A stretch of DNA of 64,000 nucleotides, taken from NCBI GenBank assembly GCA_012269595.1, contig JAAXJX010000005.1:143472-207471 (forward strand), in the 5' to 3' direction. A program made the position numbers and the translations under genes. This stretch comes from Planctomycetia bacterium. GTDB taxonomy: Bacteria > Planctomycetota > UBA8108 > UBA1146. A model generated the notes under the pieces. It ran no database searches, was not told the DNA's origin, and saw only the letters and a program-made list of their open reading frames with translations. Positions 53,501-61,986 of this stretch are shown piece after piece (the stretch's first letter is position 1; each line of letters opens with the position of its first letter).

Positions 53501-55477
53501 CAGTGCTATCTCTGATCGGCTAAACAGATCTTCAGGCAATGTTCGTTGGGGCTGATCGAGAATCCAGCGGAGTTGATTCTTGAGTCGACCAAAGACAGGA
53601 TCGGGTCTCCCCAGATCGAACTTTGCAAGAGAACTTTGTAGAAGATCGGTTTCTCCACGAATCAGCGAGGCCAGCAAAGCTTCTCCGTCACCCCGCTCAA
53701 GATCTCTTTGAACACCCTGTGATTGCCACCAATAAAGACCATTGGCCGTGATCGTGCTGAAGCCGGTGCGGGTAAACCGAATCGCCCTGGGTGGAGTCAC
53801 CCAGGCCATATGGGAAATCCAGCCTCCCTTCGAGTCGATGGCACTGAGGACTTTGGATGTGGTCAGGAGAATCTGTTCACCTTCACGAAAATCGATAGAA
53901 AGAGGTTTTCCCGGGGACGGGTTTGGCCACACCGTTTGCCATTCGAGTGAAGCTGACTGGTTTTTCTCTACAGGGATTCGCCACGACTTCACTTTTCCAT
54001 CTGTCGTGATCATCACACACTGATCACCTGATCTGGAAACTTCCCAAAGGGTTCCTTCTGCCACAGGGAGTCCGGTGTGAATGTGACCGGTGGTCGCAGA
54101 AAGTTGTTGGATTCTGGAAGTTCCCGGTACCTGGAGAAACACCCGGTCTTCCCTGACCTGCAGCGCAGGACGATTCAGATCGACAAACTCCAGATGGTCG
54201 CGCAAACCGGCGGGTCCTCGGGGTTGCAGATCTCTCGACCAAAGGATGGCACCGTCCTGTTCACGCAGGGCCAGAACATTTCCTCTTCCACTGTTCCAGA
54301 AGATTCGGCCACGATCGTAGACTGGGGGGGCTGTCCAGCTATGGAGAGCGAGCCACGTTGCCCCCGTGCTTTCTCCCAGTGATCTGACCCATGCCACCTG
54401 ACCATCCCTTGTGATCCTGGCCATGTAGGCTTCGAGCCGGTTGCCGATGTATTGCTGGATGACGATGGCAAAGCCGCCGGGAACAGCGATAGGCTCAGAT
54501 AGTTGGGACCAGGATGATCGTTCATCCTTCCCGAGTAACCGTTCCCTGAAAATGGTCCAAAGTACTTCACCGCTGACGGGGTCCAACCCGTGAATTCCGC
54601 CAGTACTGACCATGGCAATTTGTTGAACTGAATATGAAGGGCGTTGCTGGCGAATCTGGATCCGGGAATCAGGGCCTGGTGACGAAGGGGTTGGAGTTGT
54701 CTTCCAGAGAAGGTCACCATTCCCGGAGTCATACGCCCTGAGATTGTCTGAAGACTGAACCCAGAGAGTCTTCCCCGATTGAAGCATTGCCCTTTGCTTG
54801 CGCGGTTCTTCCCAGGGGGCGGAATCACTGGATTCTTCCAGAGTGAATCTCTGCAAGGACAGGGGTTTGATTTGATCGAGGTTGATTGGTGGCAGACGCA
54901 GGGGACGGGTTGGAAAACTTTCAGGGGTCTCTTCCGCCATGGGAGAGAAGCTTCGCAGTAACTCGTATAGCCCGAAGTCTCCTCTCTCCAATGCTGCATG
55001 GGTCAGTGGCCTGAGCCATTCTTCACCGACGATTTCTGGACTCAGGTCAAGAAGCCGACGACTTCTCTGACGGTCGAGCGAGGCATCAAACCCAACGGGA
55101 GGAGAGTTCTCAAATCGGCTTTGCAGGGCCAGTCGCATTTCTTTCCGGGCGCCTCTGGAAAGTTCCGGTGGCATCGTTTCGAGAATCATTTTCAGGTATG
55201 GGCCGGCACCTACATGAAAGTCTTCACTCAGGGTGAAGGTTCCTCCCGGGTCTCCGTCAAAGATCCGGTCCGCCAGCCTGACCATCGCAGGATTCAACTC
55301 TGAAGGGTCACCCGTGATCAGTGCTTCTTCCACAGATCGGGAGAGGCGATCCAGATCTGCCGAGCGGGGAGGGATCCAAGGTTGGTTTTGGCCGAGACAG
55401 ATACAGGGAAGGCTGATCAGGCACAGGGCCAGCCAGATTGCTCGAGCCAGAAGTTGTTTTGGGCGAGGGGGCAGCAA
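50567..55477 (-). CDS. Giant secreted protein: PQQ-like beta-propeller repeats, TPR-like region, more propeller repeats, and a C-terminal CBM9/DOMON-like domain
   Basis: 1636 aa. TTG start with AGGAGG 4 nt upstream. Signal peptide AIWLALCLISLPCICLGQ. PQQ-like motifs (AYDSGNGDLLWKT, LDPVSGEVLWTI, REQDGAILWSR, DLDSGRLVWKK, NPEDGQTRWSI). The C-terminal PVIDGSLSEPWEA...LHIAIEVEDDHI is CBM9-like. Confidence 0.65.
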   Translation of the reverse strand: MLPPRPKQLLARAIWLALCLISLPCICLGQNQPWIPPRSADLDRLSRSVEEALITGDPSELNPAMVRLADRIFDGDPGGTFTLSEDFHVGAGPYLKMILETMPPELSRGARKEMRLALQSRFENSPPVGFDASLDRQRSRRLLDLSPEIVGEEWLRPLTHAALERGDFGLYELLRSFSPMAEETPESFPTRPLRLPPINLDQIKPLSLQRFTLEESSDSAPWEEPRKQRAMLQSGKTLWVQSSDNLRAYDSGNGDLLWKTTPTPSSPGPDSRIQIRQQRPSYSVQQIAMVSTGGIHGLDPVSGEVLWTIFRERLLGKDERSSWSQLSEPIAVPGGFAIVIQQYIGNRLEAYMARITRDGQVAWVRSLGESTGATWLALHSWTAPPVYDRGRIFWNSGRGNVLALREQDGAILWSRDLQPRGPAGLRDHLEFVDLNRPALQVREDRVFLQVPGTSRIQQLSATTGHIHTGLPVAEGTLWEVSRSGDQCVMITTDGKVKSWRIPVEKNQSASLEWQTVWPNPSPGKPLSIDFREGEQILLTTSKVLSAIDSKGGWISHMAWVTPPRAIRFTRTGFSTITANGLYWWQSQGVQRDLERGDGEALLASLIRGETDLLQSSLAKFDLGRPDPVFGRLKNQLRWILDQPQRTLPEDLFSRSEIALISAENTSRQRIRIGWERAVNALQNEAIETADKICQLLLTEPVQRLREVQVTLKTGPSISAENAFTGLLLQLDMKPGNQERILKREARARDHLASLDSQTPERLRTLATSHPGTPTGRLARLRAAEAFYRAKDLEASLQQLDLLILRESRSDESVVARLRKAEVLREQGQRRKALAVIEELRRDHGNRLLTRTLDGETLTSTLSQRLDELKKQIPDPELKIPEVPGLPLEISWTGRLDLEQLRATTLHSLNTFPGYEEDLRYLILTANGARLIDSRQGKSLWKFDLEESAPTVRGGIFLNRQRQACQLLGLHAEGLLLWNKNHIFKIDLDSGRLVWKKSVPPLPSTDSGDFTADQQIWVHCVSNHEAIIAVSDSRRLYHLNPEDGQTRWSIADSGILIDTPALQNGQVLLGYSIPDKVEIRNLGDGAVLHSWKLKGDVPGLANAPVFAADGCLYGTEGGLITRKDADGLTLWEFRTPSPVSDIYLSLDQQQVIARMYWTEQDPTLMGINFESGDPSWQRKLPQELRRIVAVKSLGQELLVLCDGFTERSLLCLKTPETSTIQTVPEAELLWTRDLVPAYDAVELVEHGPWLLVVDRLRGDLSILDRYTGTPLSQKNGLEVVTHYTRPLGRLHGATILGDQLIVVCARGSAAFHARQPLKKDTEDWFDLLHSLGVSEMTLTQGLLQKDTLAHQVEIRESLIKTTNQPLQIKKDASWELESLERLRALSGLEEIRVPYMPIQPVIDGSLSEPWEATAGLSMETPRFVRSLQGIGEIKIPWNDHMDLSAKMFLGWTESGLHIAIEVEDDHITVHDRDSHTWTGDCLLLILDTLGDGGQTPRNDDQVLTLAFVPPRQQEDPEAENPENPEGESGEEMPFPEDEDDAEEPEGEHVVLRRADRMGVTYEMTIPWDSILTQRGETVSSPWPGLKMRLGVAITDDDTGSGATKYLGLTPGMVLHKVMDRLWEGCCPDLLLPIRLVR

Positions 55478-55532
55478 GAAGCCTCCTGAATGCAGTGGGT
55501 CTCCTTGCTTTTAAGCGATAGGTGCCGGGGGC

Positions 55533-56444
55533 TCAACCGTTGGTTGTGGAGGCGGTTCCTGCCCAGGCACAGATATGTGCTACCGCGATGTCGCCAAACT
55601 CACGAACCTGGGTCTTCCAGGATTCCCTGTGGGGGTCCTCGGGGCGATCGGGGACTGCCAACAGTCCCTCGAGCCTGCCGAACAGGAAGAGGGGGAAGAG
55701 CAGGATTCGGTTTGAATGATCAAAGAGGCCTTCCCGCTCCACTTCCCGGCAGGTTTCACCGGGATCCGTGAATCCCGCGCAAGCAACAGATTCCAGCTCT
55801 GAGTCGATCACGGAATTTCGGGAGTAAGTGGGGTATAGCCTTTGGTCCTTGCGCAGGTAGAGCAGCAACTCTTCACATTGAAGTTCCTCAAACAGGGAAT
55901 TTCTCCAGCGCTGGAGGGGGGTTTTTGCACCGGTTCGAAGCCAGGTTCTGGCTTGCGATTCAGGAGAGCCGGCAGACTTTTTTTTCTTTTCCTCTTCAAG
56001 GAAGTGAAGAGTTCGCTGGAGGTCACCCTGTAGGCGCAGATTGGTACTGCGCAACTGGCGCCGCTCAGCGGCCTGAGTGACGACCAACTTGAGATCCCTG
56101 TCCAGATCGATCACCGGTTTTTCGATGTAGGAGTAGGCTCCCAATCGCATTGCATCGAGGGCACTTTCCAGAGTTGCCGATCCGGAGGCAATGATGACTT
56201 CGACCTCAGGGGCATGCTCCTTGATCGCTCTCAAGAGACCGATTCCATCCATTCGGGGCATGCGGAAATCTGCGATAACCACATCCGGTTCTTTTTCCCG
56301 AACCTTTTGGAGACCTTCCACTCCGTCTCTGGCTGTCGAGACGTGGAATCCCTCCGTTTGCAGGTAGATCTGAAAACTTTCCCTGACAAAAGGATCGTCT
56401 TCTACTACGAGGACCTCGATTTGTGGATACCAACCGGGATTCAC
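55533..56444 (-). CDS. Response regulator: receiver domain plus a GAF-like C-terminal domain, with no HTH
   Basis: VLVVEDDPFVRE...PDVVIADFRMPRMDGIGLL...VIIASGS (phospho-acceptor Asp context). The C-terminal FPLFLFGRLEGLLAVPD is GAF-like. The GTG start overlaps the kinase TGA (GTGA). Confidence 0.8.
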   Translation of the reverse strand: MNPGWYPQIEVLVVEDDPFVRESFQIYLQTEGFHVSTARDGVEGLQKVREKEPDVVIADFRMPRMDGIGLLRAIKEHAPEVEVIIASGSATLESALDAMRLGAYSYIEKPVIDLDRDLKLVVTQAAERRQLRSTNLRLQGDLQRTLHFLEEEKKKKSAGSPESQARTWLRTGAKTPLQRWRNSLFEELQCEELLLYLRKDQRLYPTYSRNSVIDSELESVACAGFTDPGETCREVEREGLFDHSNRILLFPLFLFGRLEGLLAVPDRPEDPHRESWKTQVREFGDIAVAHICAWAGTASTTNG

Positions 56445-58135
56445 TGCAGTTCTCCCTGCCAGTGGTCGGTCACATCCAGAGGATTGATTTCTTCGCTGCC
56501 CAACTGGGCCATGGCATCGGGGAGAACAATTCTGAAGCGTGCGCCTCGTCCTGGCTCCGTTTCAAGATCGATCATTCCACCGGCACCATCGACGATTCGT
56601 TGAACGACATAAAGACCAAGACCGCTGCCTTTATCCGTTTCTTTTGTCGAGTAGAGAGGGTCAAAAGCATGGCGTGCCACTTCGGTCGTCATACCCGGAC
56701 CGTCATCTTCGAAGACCAGTTCGATGCCTCCTTGTGAAAGGTGTTTCCCCGTGACGTGAATGGAGCCGCCATGACCCGCTTCATGCATCGCATCCGCTGC
56801 ATTCAGGGACAAGTTCATGACCACTTGTCGCAAGGCAGTAGAGTCGCCCGTCAGATGAAGGTCCGCGGGGACGTCCAGCGTTGTCGCGATTTCCGCATTG
56901 CGCAGTCGGGCTTCGCAGATGGCCAGCGTTCCCTCGATCACTTCACGCACATTGAAGGCTTTTTCAGATCCAGGTTTGAATGGCCTGGTTCTGGCAAATG
57001 CCAACAGGTTACGACACAGTGCTCGACAGAAGTCTGCGGCTTCCTGTGCCTTGTTGATCAACTTGCGATTTTGTTCAACATTCTGGGGATTTTTTTCAAT
57101 GCTTCGATTCGCCAACTGGAGGAAACCGATCACCGAACCCAGAGGATTGTTCAGGTCATGGGCAAAACCACTGGCGAGTCGCCCGATGGCGACCATTTTC
57201 TCCTGTCGGGTCAGTTGTTCCCGGCTTTCCAGAAGAGCCTCGTGGGCTGCACGGGTTTCACGGAAAAGCCGTGAGTTCTCGAGATTGACCGCCAGGTGCA
57301 CTCCCAGGCTGGCAACCCAGTTCAGTTCCTCTTCAGAGAAGGGGCTGGAGCCGGTTCCCCGCTCCAGATAGAGAACCGACGTTTCCGAATCCTTGCCCAC
57401 GAGAGGCAGAGCGAGAGCGGAAAGGGCCTGTTTTCTGCGAACACATACACTGGCTTCAAACGCATTGCCGACTTCAGATGAGATCAGACCTTCCCGTCTT
57501 CTGCGTGAAGCTTCGACGAGAGTCATGCTGGGATCGAGTCCTTCGAGATCGACAGGTTTGTGATCCCGTTCACCCAAAGCTCTTTTCGTGCCTTCTTCAT
57601 TCCACTGAATCCAACCCCACGATTCAAAGTGGACGCCGGAGCGCATGACCTCGACAACTCCCCGAATCAGATCTTCAGGGGGAGTTGAGGTTTGATTGAG
57701 GAGACCCACTTCGAAGAGGGCTTCCTGAAGGCTTTTGGTGACACCACTGTGTTGGGAATCCTGTTGGAGACGTTTTTGAAGAGAAGCGGGGTCCACCTTG
57801 ATGGAGAATGTACTCATGTGTTCCTGAACGGCATGAACCGTCAACGAACATTCACCGATGGTGATCACATCTCCCGCTTCAAGAACACAGCGGGTCACGA
57901 CTTCTCCGTTGACCAGTGTGCCGTTGCGACTGCCATCGTCTCGAAGCATCCACAGTGAATCATCGGTAGGGCTGATTTCGGCATGTTGCCGGGAGGCACG
58001 AGTGTCATCGATGACCAGATCACAGCCCGGGTCACGTCCGAGACGAACAGTCTCAGATCCCAGTACGAGTCTTTGCCCCCGACCGGGGCCCTCGGTGATG
58101 ATGAGATGCATGGGGCCTCCCGGGACCCGCTTCAT
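56441..58135 (-). CDS. FHA-GAF-HisKA-HATPase sensor histidine kinase, apparently cytoplasmic
   Basis: FHA: VRLGRDPGCDLVIDDTRASRQHAEI...DDGSRNGTLVNG. GAF: ALPLVGKDSETSVLYLER...NSRLF. H-box FAHDLNNPLGSV. G-boxes DDGPGM and GSGLGL. Start is ATG 58135 or 58111. The ATG at 58237 abuts a terminator and is unlikely. Confidence 0.85.
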   Translation of the reverse strand: MKRVPGGPMHLIITEGPGRGQRLVLGSETVRLGRDPGCDLVIDDTRASRQHAEISPTDDSLWMLRDDGSRNGTLVNGEVVTRCVLEAGDVITIGECSLTVHAVQEHMSTFSIKVDPASLQKRLQQDSQHSGVTKSLQEALFEVGLLNQTSTPPEDLIRGVVEVMRSGVHFESWGWIQWNEEGTKRALGERDHKPVDLEGLDPSMTLVEASRRRREGLISSEVGNAFEASVCVRRKQALSALALPLVGKDSETSVLYLERGTGSSPFSEEELNWVASLGVHLAVNLENSRLFRETRAAHEALLESREQLTRQEKMVAIGRLASGFAHDLNNPLGSVIGFLQLANRSIEKNPQNVEQNRKLINKAQEAADFCRALCRNLLAFARTRPFKPGSEKAFNVREVIEGTLAICEARLRNAEIATTLDVPADLHLTGDSTALRQVVMNLSLNAADAMHEAGHGGSIHVTGKHLSQGGIELVFEDDGPGMTTEVARHAFDPLYSTKETDKGSGLGLYVVQRIVDGAGGMIDLETEPGRGARFRIVLPDAMAQLGSEEINPLDVTDHWQGELQ

Positions 58136-58237
58136 GCGGGAATCCCTGCACAGAAGAATACGATGCAGCCCGAATTCCGGCGTTTGGGGGAGTCCTCCCG
58201 GCTGGGAGTCGCTTCGGCAAGATTTTCCGTGGGGCAT

Positions 58238-58279
58238 AAAAAAGCCCCGTAAACCCCGGGAGACGGGGGATACGGGGCT
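58238..58279 (-). terminator. Rho-independent terminator after etfA
   Basis: Minus strand reads GCCCCGTA...TACGGGGC with a nested CCCCG/CGGGG stem, followed by T6. Confidence 0.8.
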
Positions 58280-58303
58280 ATTGGGTCAGTCAGGGTCTGC
58301 TGG

Positions 58304-59263
58304 CTACTGGAGGACCGCTTTCAGGTCCGACTGCAGTTTCGGTACCACTTCAAAGAGATCTCCAACGATGCCGTAAGTGGCAACACCAAAGATGGGGGCT
58401 GCAGCATCCTTGTTGATCGCAACGATGGTTCGCGAAGAAGACATTCCCGCAAGGTGCTGGATTGCTCCCGAGATGCCGACAGCGACGTAGAGTTTGGGGC
58501 TGACCGTTTTTCCTGTTTGACCAACCTGATCAGAGTGGGGGCGCCAGCCAAGATCAACCACGGCACGCGAGGCCCCGACAGCCGCTCCGAGAACTTCCGC
58601 CAGCTCTTCGAGCAACTTGAAGTTTTCAGGTTCCTTGAGGCCGCGTCCTCCGGAGACGATGATCTCGGCTTCGGTGAGTTCGACCTGGCCGGTAGATCCC
58701 TGTTCAAAGGCGGTACGATTCCAGCCTTTCTCGGCGGCGCCGGCCTCTTCCTGGCAGGCTGCAGCATCGACCGTCAGTTTTTCGCCGTAGTTCGGGCGAA
58801 TGGAAAGTGCAACACGATCGGAATGCACTTTCTGTCGCAGGTGTGCCTTGCCTGCATAAATGGGACGCTCAAACTCAACAGTTCCGTCATTGACGCTGAC
58901 GTCAACACAGTCTGCCGCGACGGGAATCCCCATTCCTCCAGCGACCAGTGACAGCACTTCCTTGCCTGCCGAAGTGGCGGCACAGACGACCATTTGTGCA
59001 TTACGACTTTCACAAACGCCCATGATCTCACGGGCGATGGTGTCATTGCCGCAGGTATCCCAGTCGTCACGGGTGCGAGTCACAATGTGATGGGCTCCGG
59101 CGGTCATGATCTGATCAGGAATCGCAGTTCCCGCTCCATCGCAGACGACGCCGGTGACTTCACCAGAGGTGGAGTCTGCCAACTTGCGGGCGACTCCCAA
59201 AGCTTCGATGGCCGGTGATTTGATTTCGCCGGCTTTGGATTCAATCCAGACAACGATATTCAT
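58304..59263 (-). CDS. etfA: Electron transfer flavoprotein subunit alpha
   Basis: [20 protein letters not shown] (FAD-binding signature) and IIVSGGRG. Confidence 0.92.
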   Translation of the reverse strand: MNIVVWIESKAGEIKSPAIEALGVARKLADSTSGEVTGVVCDGAGTAIPDQIMTAGAHHIVTRTRDDWDTCGNDTIAREIMGVCESRNAQMVVCAATSAGKEVLSLVAGGMGIPVAADCVDVSVNDGTVEFERPIYAGKAHLRQKVHSDRVALSIRPNYGEKLTVDAAACQEEAGAAEKGWNRTAFEQGSTGQVELTEAEIIVSGGRGLKEPENFKLLEELAEVLGAAVGASRAVVDLGWRPHSDQVGQTGKTVSPKLYVAVGISGAIQHLAGMSSSRTIVAINKDAAAPIFGVATYGIVGDLFEVVPKLQSDLKAVLQ

Positions 59264-59283
59264 TTTGATCTTCCGTCCCGTCC

Positions 59284-60033
59284 TTAGATGACCTTGGATT
59301 CCTCGCGAAGCAGGCGAATCAGTTCTTCCACCGCTTCTGGACCCTCACCAACGATGCGCCCCTCCGGTCTTGGAGGAGGGGGAGTGATGGCGGAGGTTTC
59401 AAAAGCCCTCTCACCGGGCTGGGCCTCGACCGTTTCGATCGGTTTCTTTTTGGCCTTCATGATGTCCTTGAGCTTGGGATAACGCGGCTCATTCAGACTC
59501 TTGTCTGCACCGAGCACCACAGGAAGAGATCCTTCCAGTGTTTCGCGGCCTCCGTCCACATCTCTCTCGATGCGGACAGTGGCGCCGTCCACTTCAAGAG
59601 ACGCGATGCTGTTTGCAAAGGGCCGCCCCAGTTGGCTGGCCACGAGTGCTCCCACCTGGGAGCCCTGAGCATCGACGGATTGGCGCCCGAAGAGAATCAG
59701 GTCATCTCCTCTGCTCTCCAAAATCTGCGAGAGACAACGCGCAATCTGGACAGGATCCAGATCATCTTCAGTCTGGATGTGGACGGCATCGTCAGCCCCC
59801 ATTCCCAGTGCCTGACGCAGTTCCTTGGTGGCGGATGCGGGTCCACAGGTGATCACTGTCACGGTGCCCTCACCGGCCTTTTCCTTGAGGCGCAGTCCCT
59901 CTTCGATGGCAAATTCATCGTAGGGGCTGATGATCCACTGGACCTCGCTCTGGTCGATGGAAGTCCCGTCCGCGGCGAAATTCAGCCGGGTCGCGGTATC
60001 CGGTACTCTCTTGATGCAAACGGCGATCTTCAC
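59284..60033 (-). CDS. etfB: Electron transfer flavoprotein subunit beta
   Basis: MKIAVCIKRVPDT...ISPYDEFAIEEGLRLKE...DLILFGRQSVD. Confidence 0.92.
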   Translation of the reverse strand: MKIAVCIKRVPDTATRLNFAADGTSIDQSEVQWIISPYDEFAIEEGLRLKEKAGEGTVTVITCGPASATKELRQALGMGADDAVHIQTEDDLDPVQIARCLSQILESRGDDLILFGRQSVDAQGSQVGALVASQLGRPFANSIASLEVDGATVRIERDVDGGRETLEGSLPVVLGADKSLNEPRYPKLKDIMKAKKKPIETVEAQPGERAFETSAITPPPPRPEGRIVGEGPEAVEELIRLLREESKVI

Positions 60034-60115
60034 CGTGCTCCTCCTTTACCTGGGGTCATGGGAAAGATTCCGGTCGAAACCGATTTTTCCAACCCCTATC
60101 AAGAGGCGTCAGCGA

Positions 60116-61174
60116 TCATTTGGCAAGCGGTTTCGGATCTTCCAGCAGGGGAAATGACTGAAACGGGGGCAGGGAATCGAGATTCAGTGCCTCGATCAGC
60201 TCAGCCATGTCCCCGCCCGGGGGGCAGAGAAGATGGCTGGGAGTTCCCCAGACAGGGTGGGGGAAAACCAGTTGGAAACTGTGGAGTAATGCACGGTCCG
60301 GATGAGGGACTCCCTCCGGGAGTTGACCTCCACAGGCTGCGAGGGACTCAACGGTCTGACCATATCCGACATCACCGAGGATCGGGTGTCCGGCAACCTG
60401 AAGGTGGATTCTGATCTGGTTCTGGCGACCGGTGATGGGGCGGCAGAGAACCAGAGAGACTCCGTTTTTACTGCCCAATGTGGAAAAGAGGGTTCTCGAA
60501 GGCTTTCCGTGTTCTTCATCTGCACGGGCCAATCGATTTCCCTTGGATCTCGACTGATCCAACTGGGCCGAAACCGGAGCGTCGATTTCAAATTCCACTT
60601 CCCGGGGAACTCCTTCGACGATGGCGAGATAACTTTTTTTGACCCGGTCCTTTTCAAATGAGTCCTGCACTCTTCTGCGCGCCTCCACCGATTTGGCAAC
60701 CAGCAAGAGGCCGGAGGTCTCCCGGTCAAGGCGATGACAGAGGCGATGGGTGGCCTGTCTCAGGCATGAATCATTGAGGGGTTGCCAATCGCTGTGGAGG
60801 CCATCGACCACGGTGCCAGAATGGGTTCTTCCCACGGGATGAACGAGGATGCCTGCCGGTTTATTGAGAGCGACCAGCCAGGGATCCTCATGGATGACCG
60901 GCAGTCCACCTGAATTTGCAGGAGAATCGGACTCCGAATCGCCATCGAGAAAGACCTCGACTTCATCACCGGTCGAGACTTTGGTGGAGGCCTTGACGCA
61001 TTGACCGTTGACCTGAACCCGTTCCAGTTGGATTAACTTTTGGATCTTGGTTCTGGATTTCCAACCAAGCCGGTCCTGCAGCCAGATATCCAGACGGATT
61101 CTCACATCCTGGCGCACCCTGAAGAGGGCTGAGCCAGGGGGGCGTGAGAGATCTCGGCCGGAAGGCAAGACCAT
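60116..61174 (-). CDS. rluD: RluA-family 23S rRNA pseudouridine synthase with an S4 domain (RluD type)
   Basis: S4 region RLDIWLQDRL...SRTKIQKLI. Catalytic HRLDRETSGLLLVAKS. Start ATG 61174; the ORF is open to 61243. Confidence 0.75.
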   Translation of the reverse strand: MVLPSGRDLSRPPGSALFRVRQDVRIRLDIWLQDRLGWKSRTKIQKLIQLERVQVNGQCVKASTKVSTGDEVEVFLDGDSESDSPANSGGLPVIHEDPWLVALNKPAGILVHPVGRTHSGTVVDGLHSDWQPLNDSCLRQATHRLCHRLDRETSGLLLVAKSVEARRRVQDSFEKDRVKKSYLAIVEGVPREVEFEIDAPVSAQLDQSRSKGNRLARADEEHGKPSRTLFSTLGSKNGVSLVLCRPITGRQNQIRIHLQVAGHPILGDVGYGQTVESLAACGGQLPEGVPHPDRALLHSFQLVFPHPVWGTPSHLLCPPGGDMAELIEALNLDSLPPFQSFPLLEDPKPLAK

Positions 61175-61490
61175 GGCTGTTTTCCTCTCTCTGTGGATTC
61201 TCAGGCTGATTGAAACGTGGATTCTACCAACAGCCCTGACCACCGGAATGATCCGGAGAGGGCCTGCTCTGAACGAATTCCCATTCTAGTGCCGCCCCTT
61301 CGTTGGGGAGAGCAATTCGGGTCCGAGTCTGTGGGGGAGACTTGACCGCCGAGAATCGTCTCCCTACCATCCCGCAAGAACGTCGCGGACCCGTGATCGG
61401 TCCGACCGGCGTGGCAAGCCATGAAACCGGCTTCTGAACCGCAGTACAGCGGTTCTCGAGCGACTGCCCCGGGGGCGGGATTGGGATAAC

Positions 61491-61946
61491 GTGGACACCC
61501 AGCGACTCAAGGAACTCATCGAGTTGATGGATCGCAACCAGCTGGAAGAGCTGGAGGTGGTCGACGGCGAACAGCGTGTTCGCTTGCGTAAAAAACCTGA
61601 AAAGCCCCGTGAAGTGGTGCAAGTGGCAGCAGGTGTTCCCGCTGTTGCTGCAGCTGCTCCTGCGGCCGCTGCCGATACGGGGGCGACAGCCGAAGCTGCT
61701 CCGGTGGACGCTTCCAATGCTGTTCTCTCTCCGATGGTTGGAACCTTTTATCGGGCCCCGGGACCGGGAGCGGAACCCTTCGTAGAGGTGGGCGACCAGG
61801 TCGAGGAGGGGCAAGTCCTTTGCATCGTTGAAGCGATGAAAGTGATGAACGAGGTCAAGGCGGAACGATCCGGAGTGATCAGTTCTCACCTTGTTGAAGA
61901 CGGAACCCCCGTGGAATTTGGCCAACCCCTCTTCAGCTTTTCCTGA
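61491..61946 (+). CDS. accB: Acetyl-CoA carboxylase biotin carboxyl carrier protein
   Basis: Ala/Pro-rich linker, then SPMVGTFY...[14 protein letters not shown] (biotinyl-Lys motif). GTG start. Confidence 0.9.
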   Translation: MDTQRLKELIELMDRNQLEELEVVDGEQRVRLRKKPEKPREVVQVAAGVPAVAAAAPAAAADTGATAEAAPVDASNAVLSPMVGTFYRAPGPGAEPFVEVGDQVEEGQVLCIVEAMKVMNEVKAERSGVISSHLVEDGTPVEFGQPLFSFS

Positions 61947-61986
61947 AGTGGTGGTCCATATTGAATCGAAATGATCGGGTCAGAGT

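Noticed and set aside
61224-61925. 233-aa minus-strand ORF across accB
   Set aside because: It is antisense to accB, whose biotinylation motif EAMKVMNEV fixes the plus frame. Its translation is Arg/Ser/Gly-rich.
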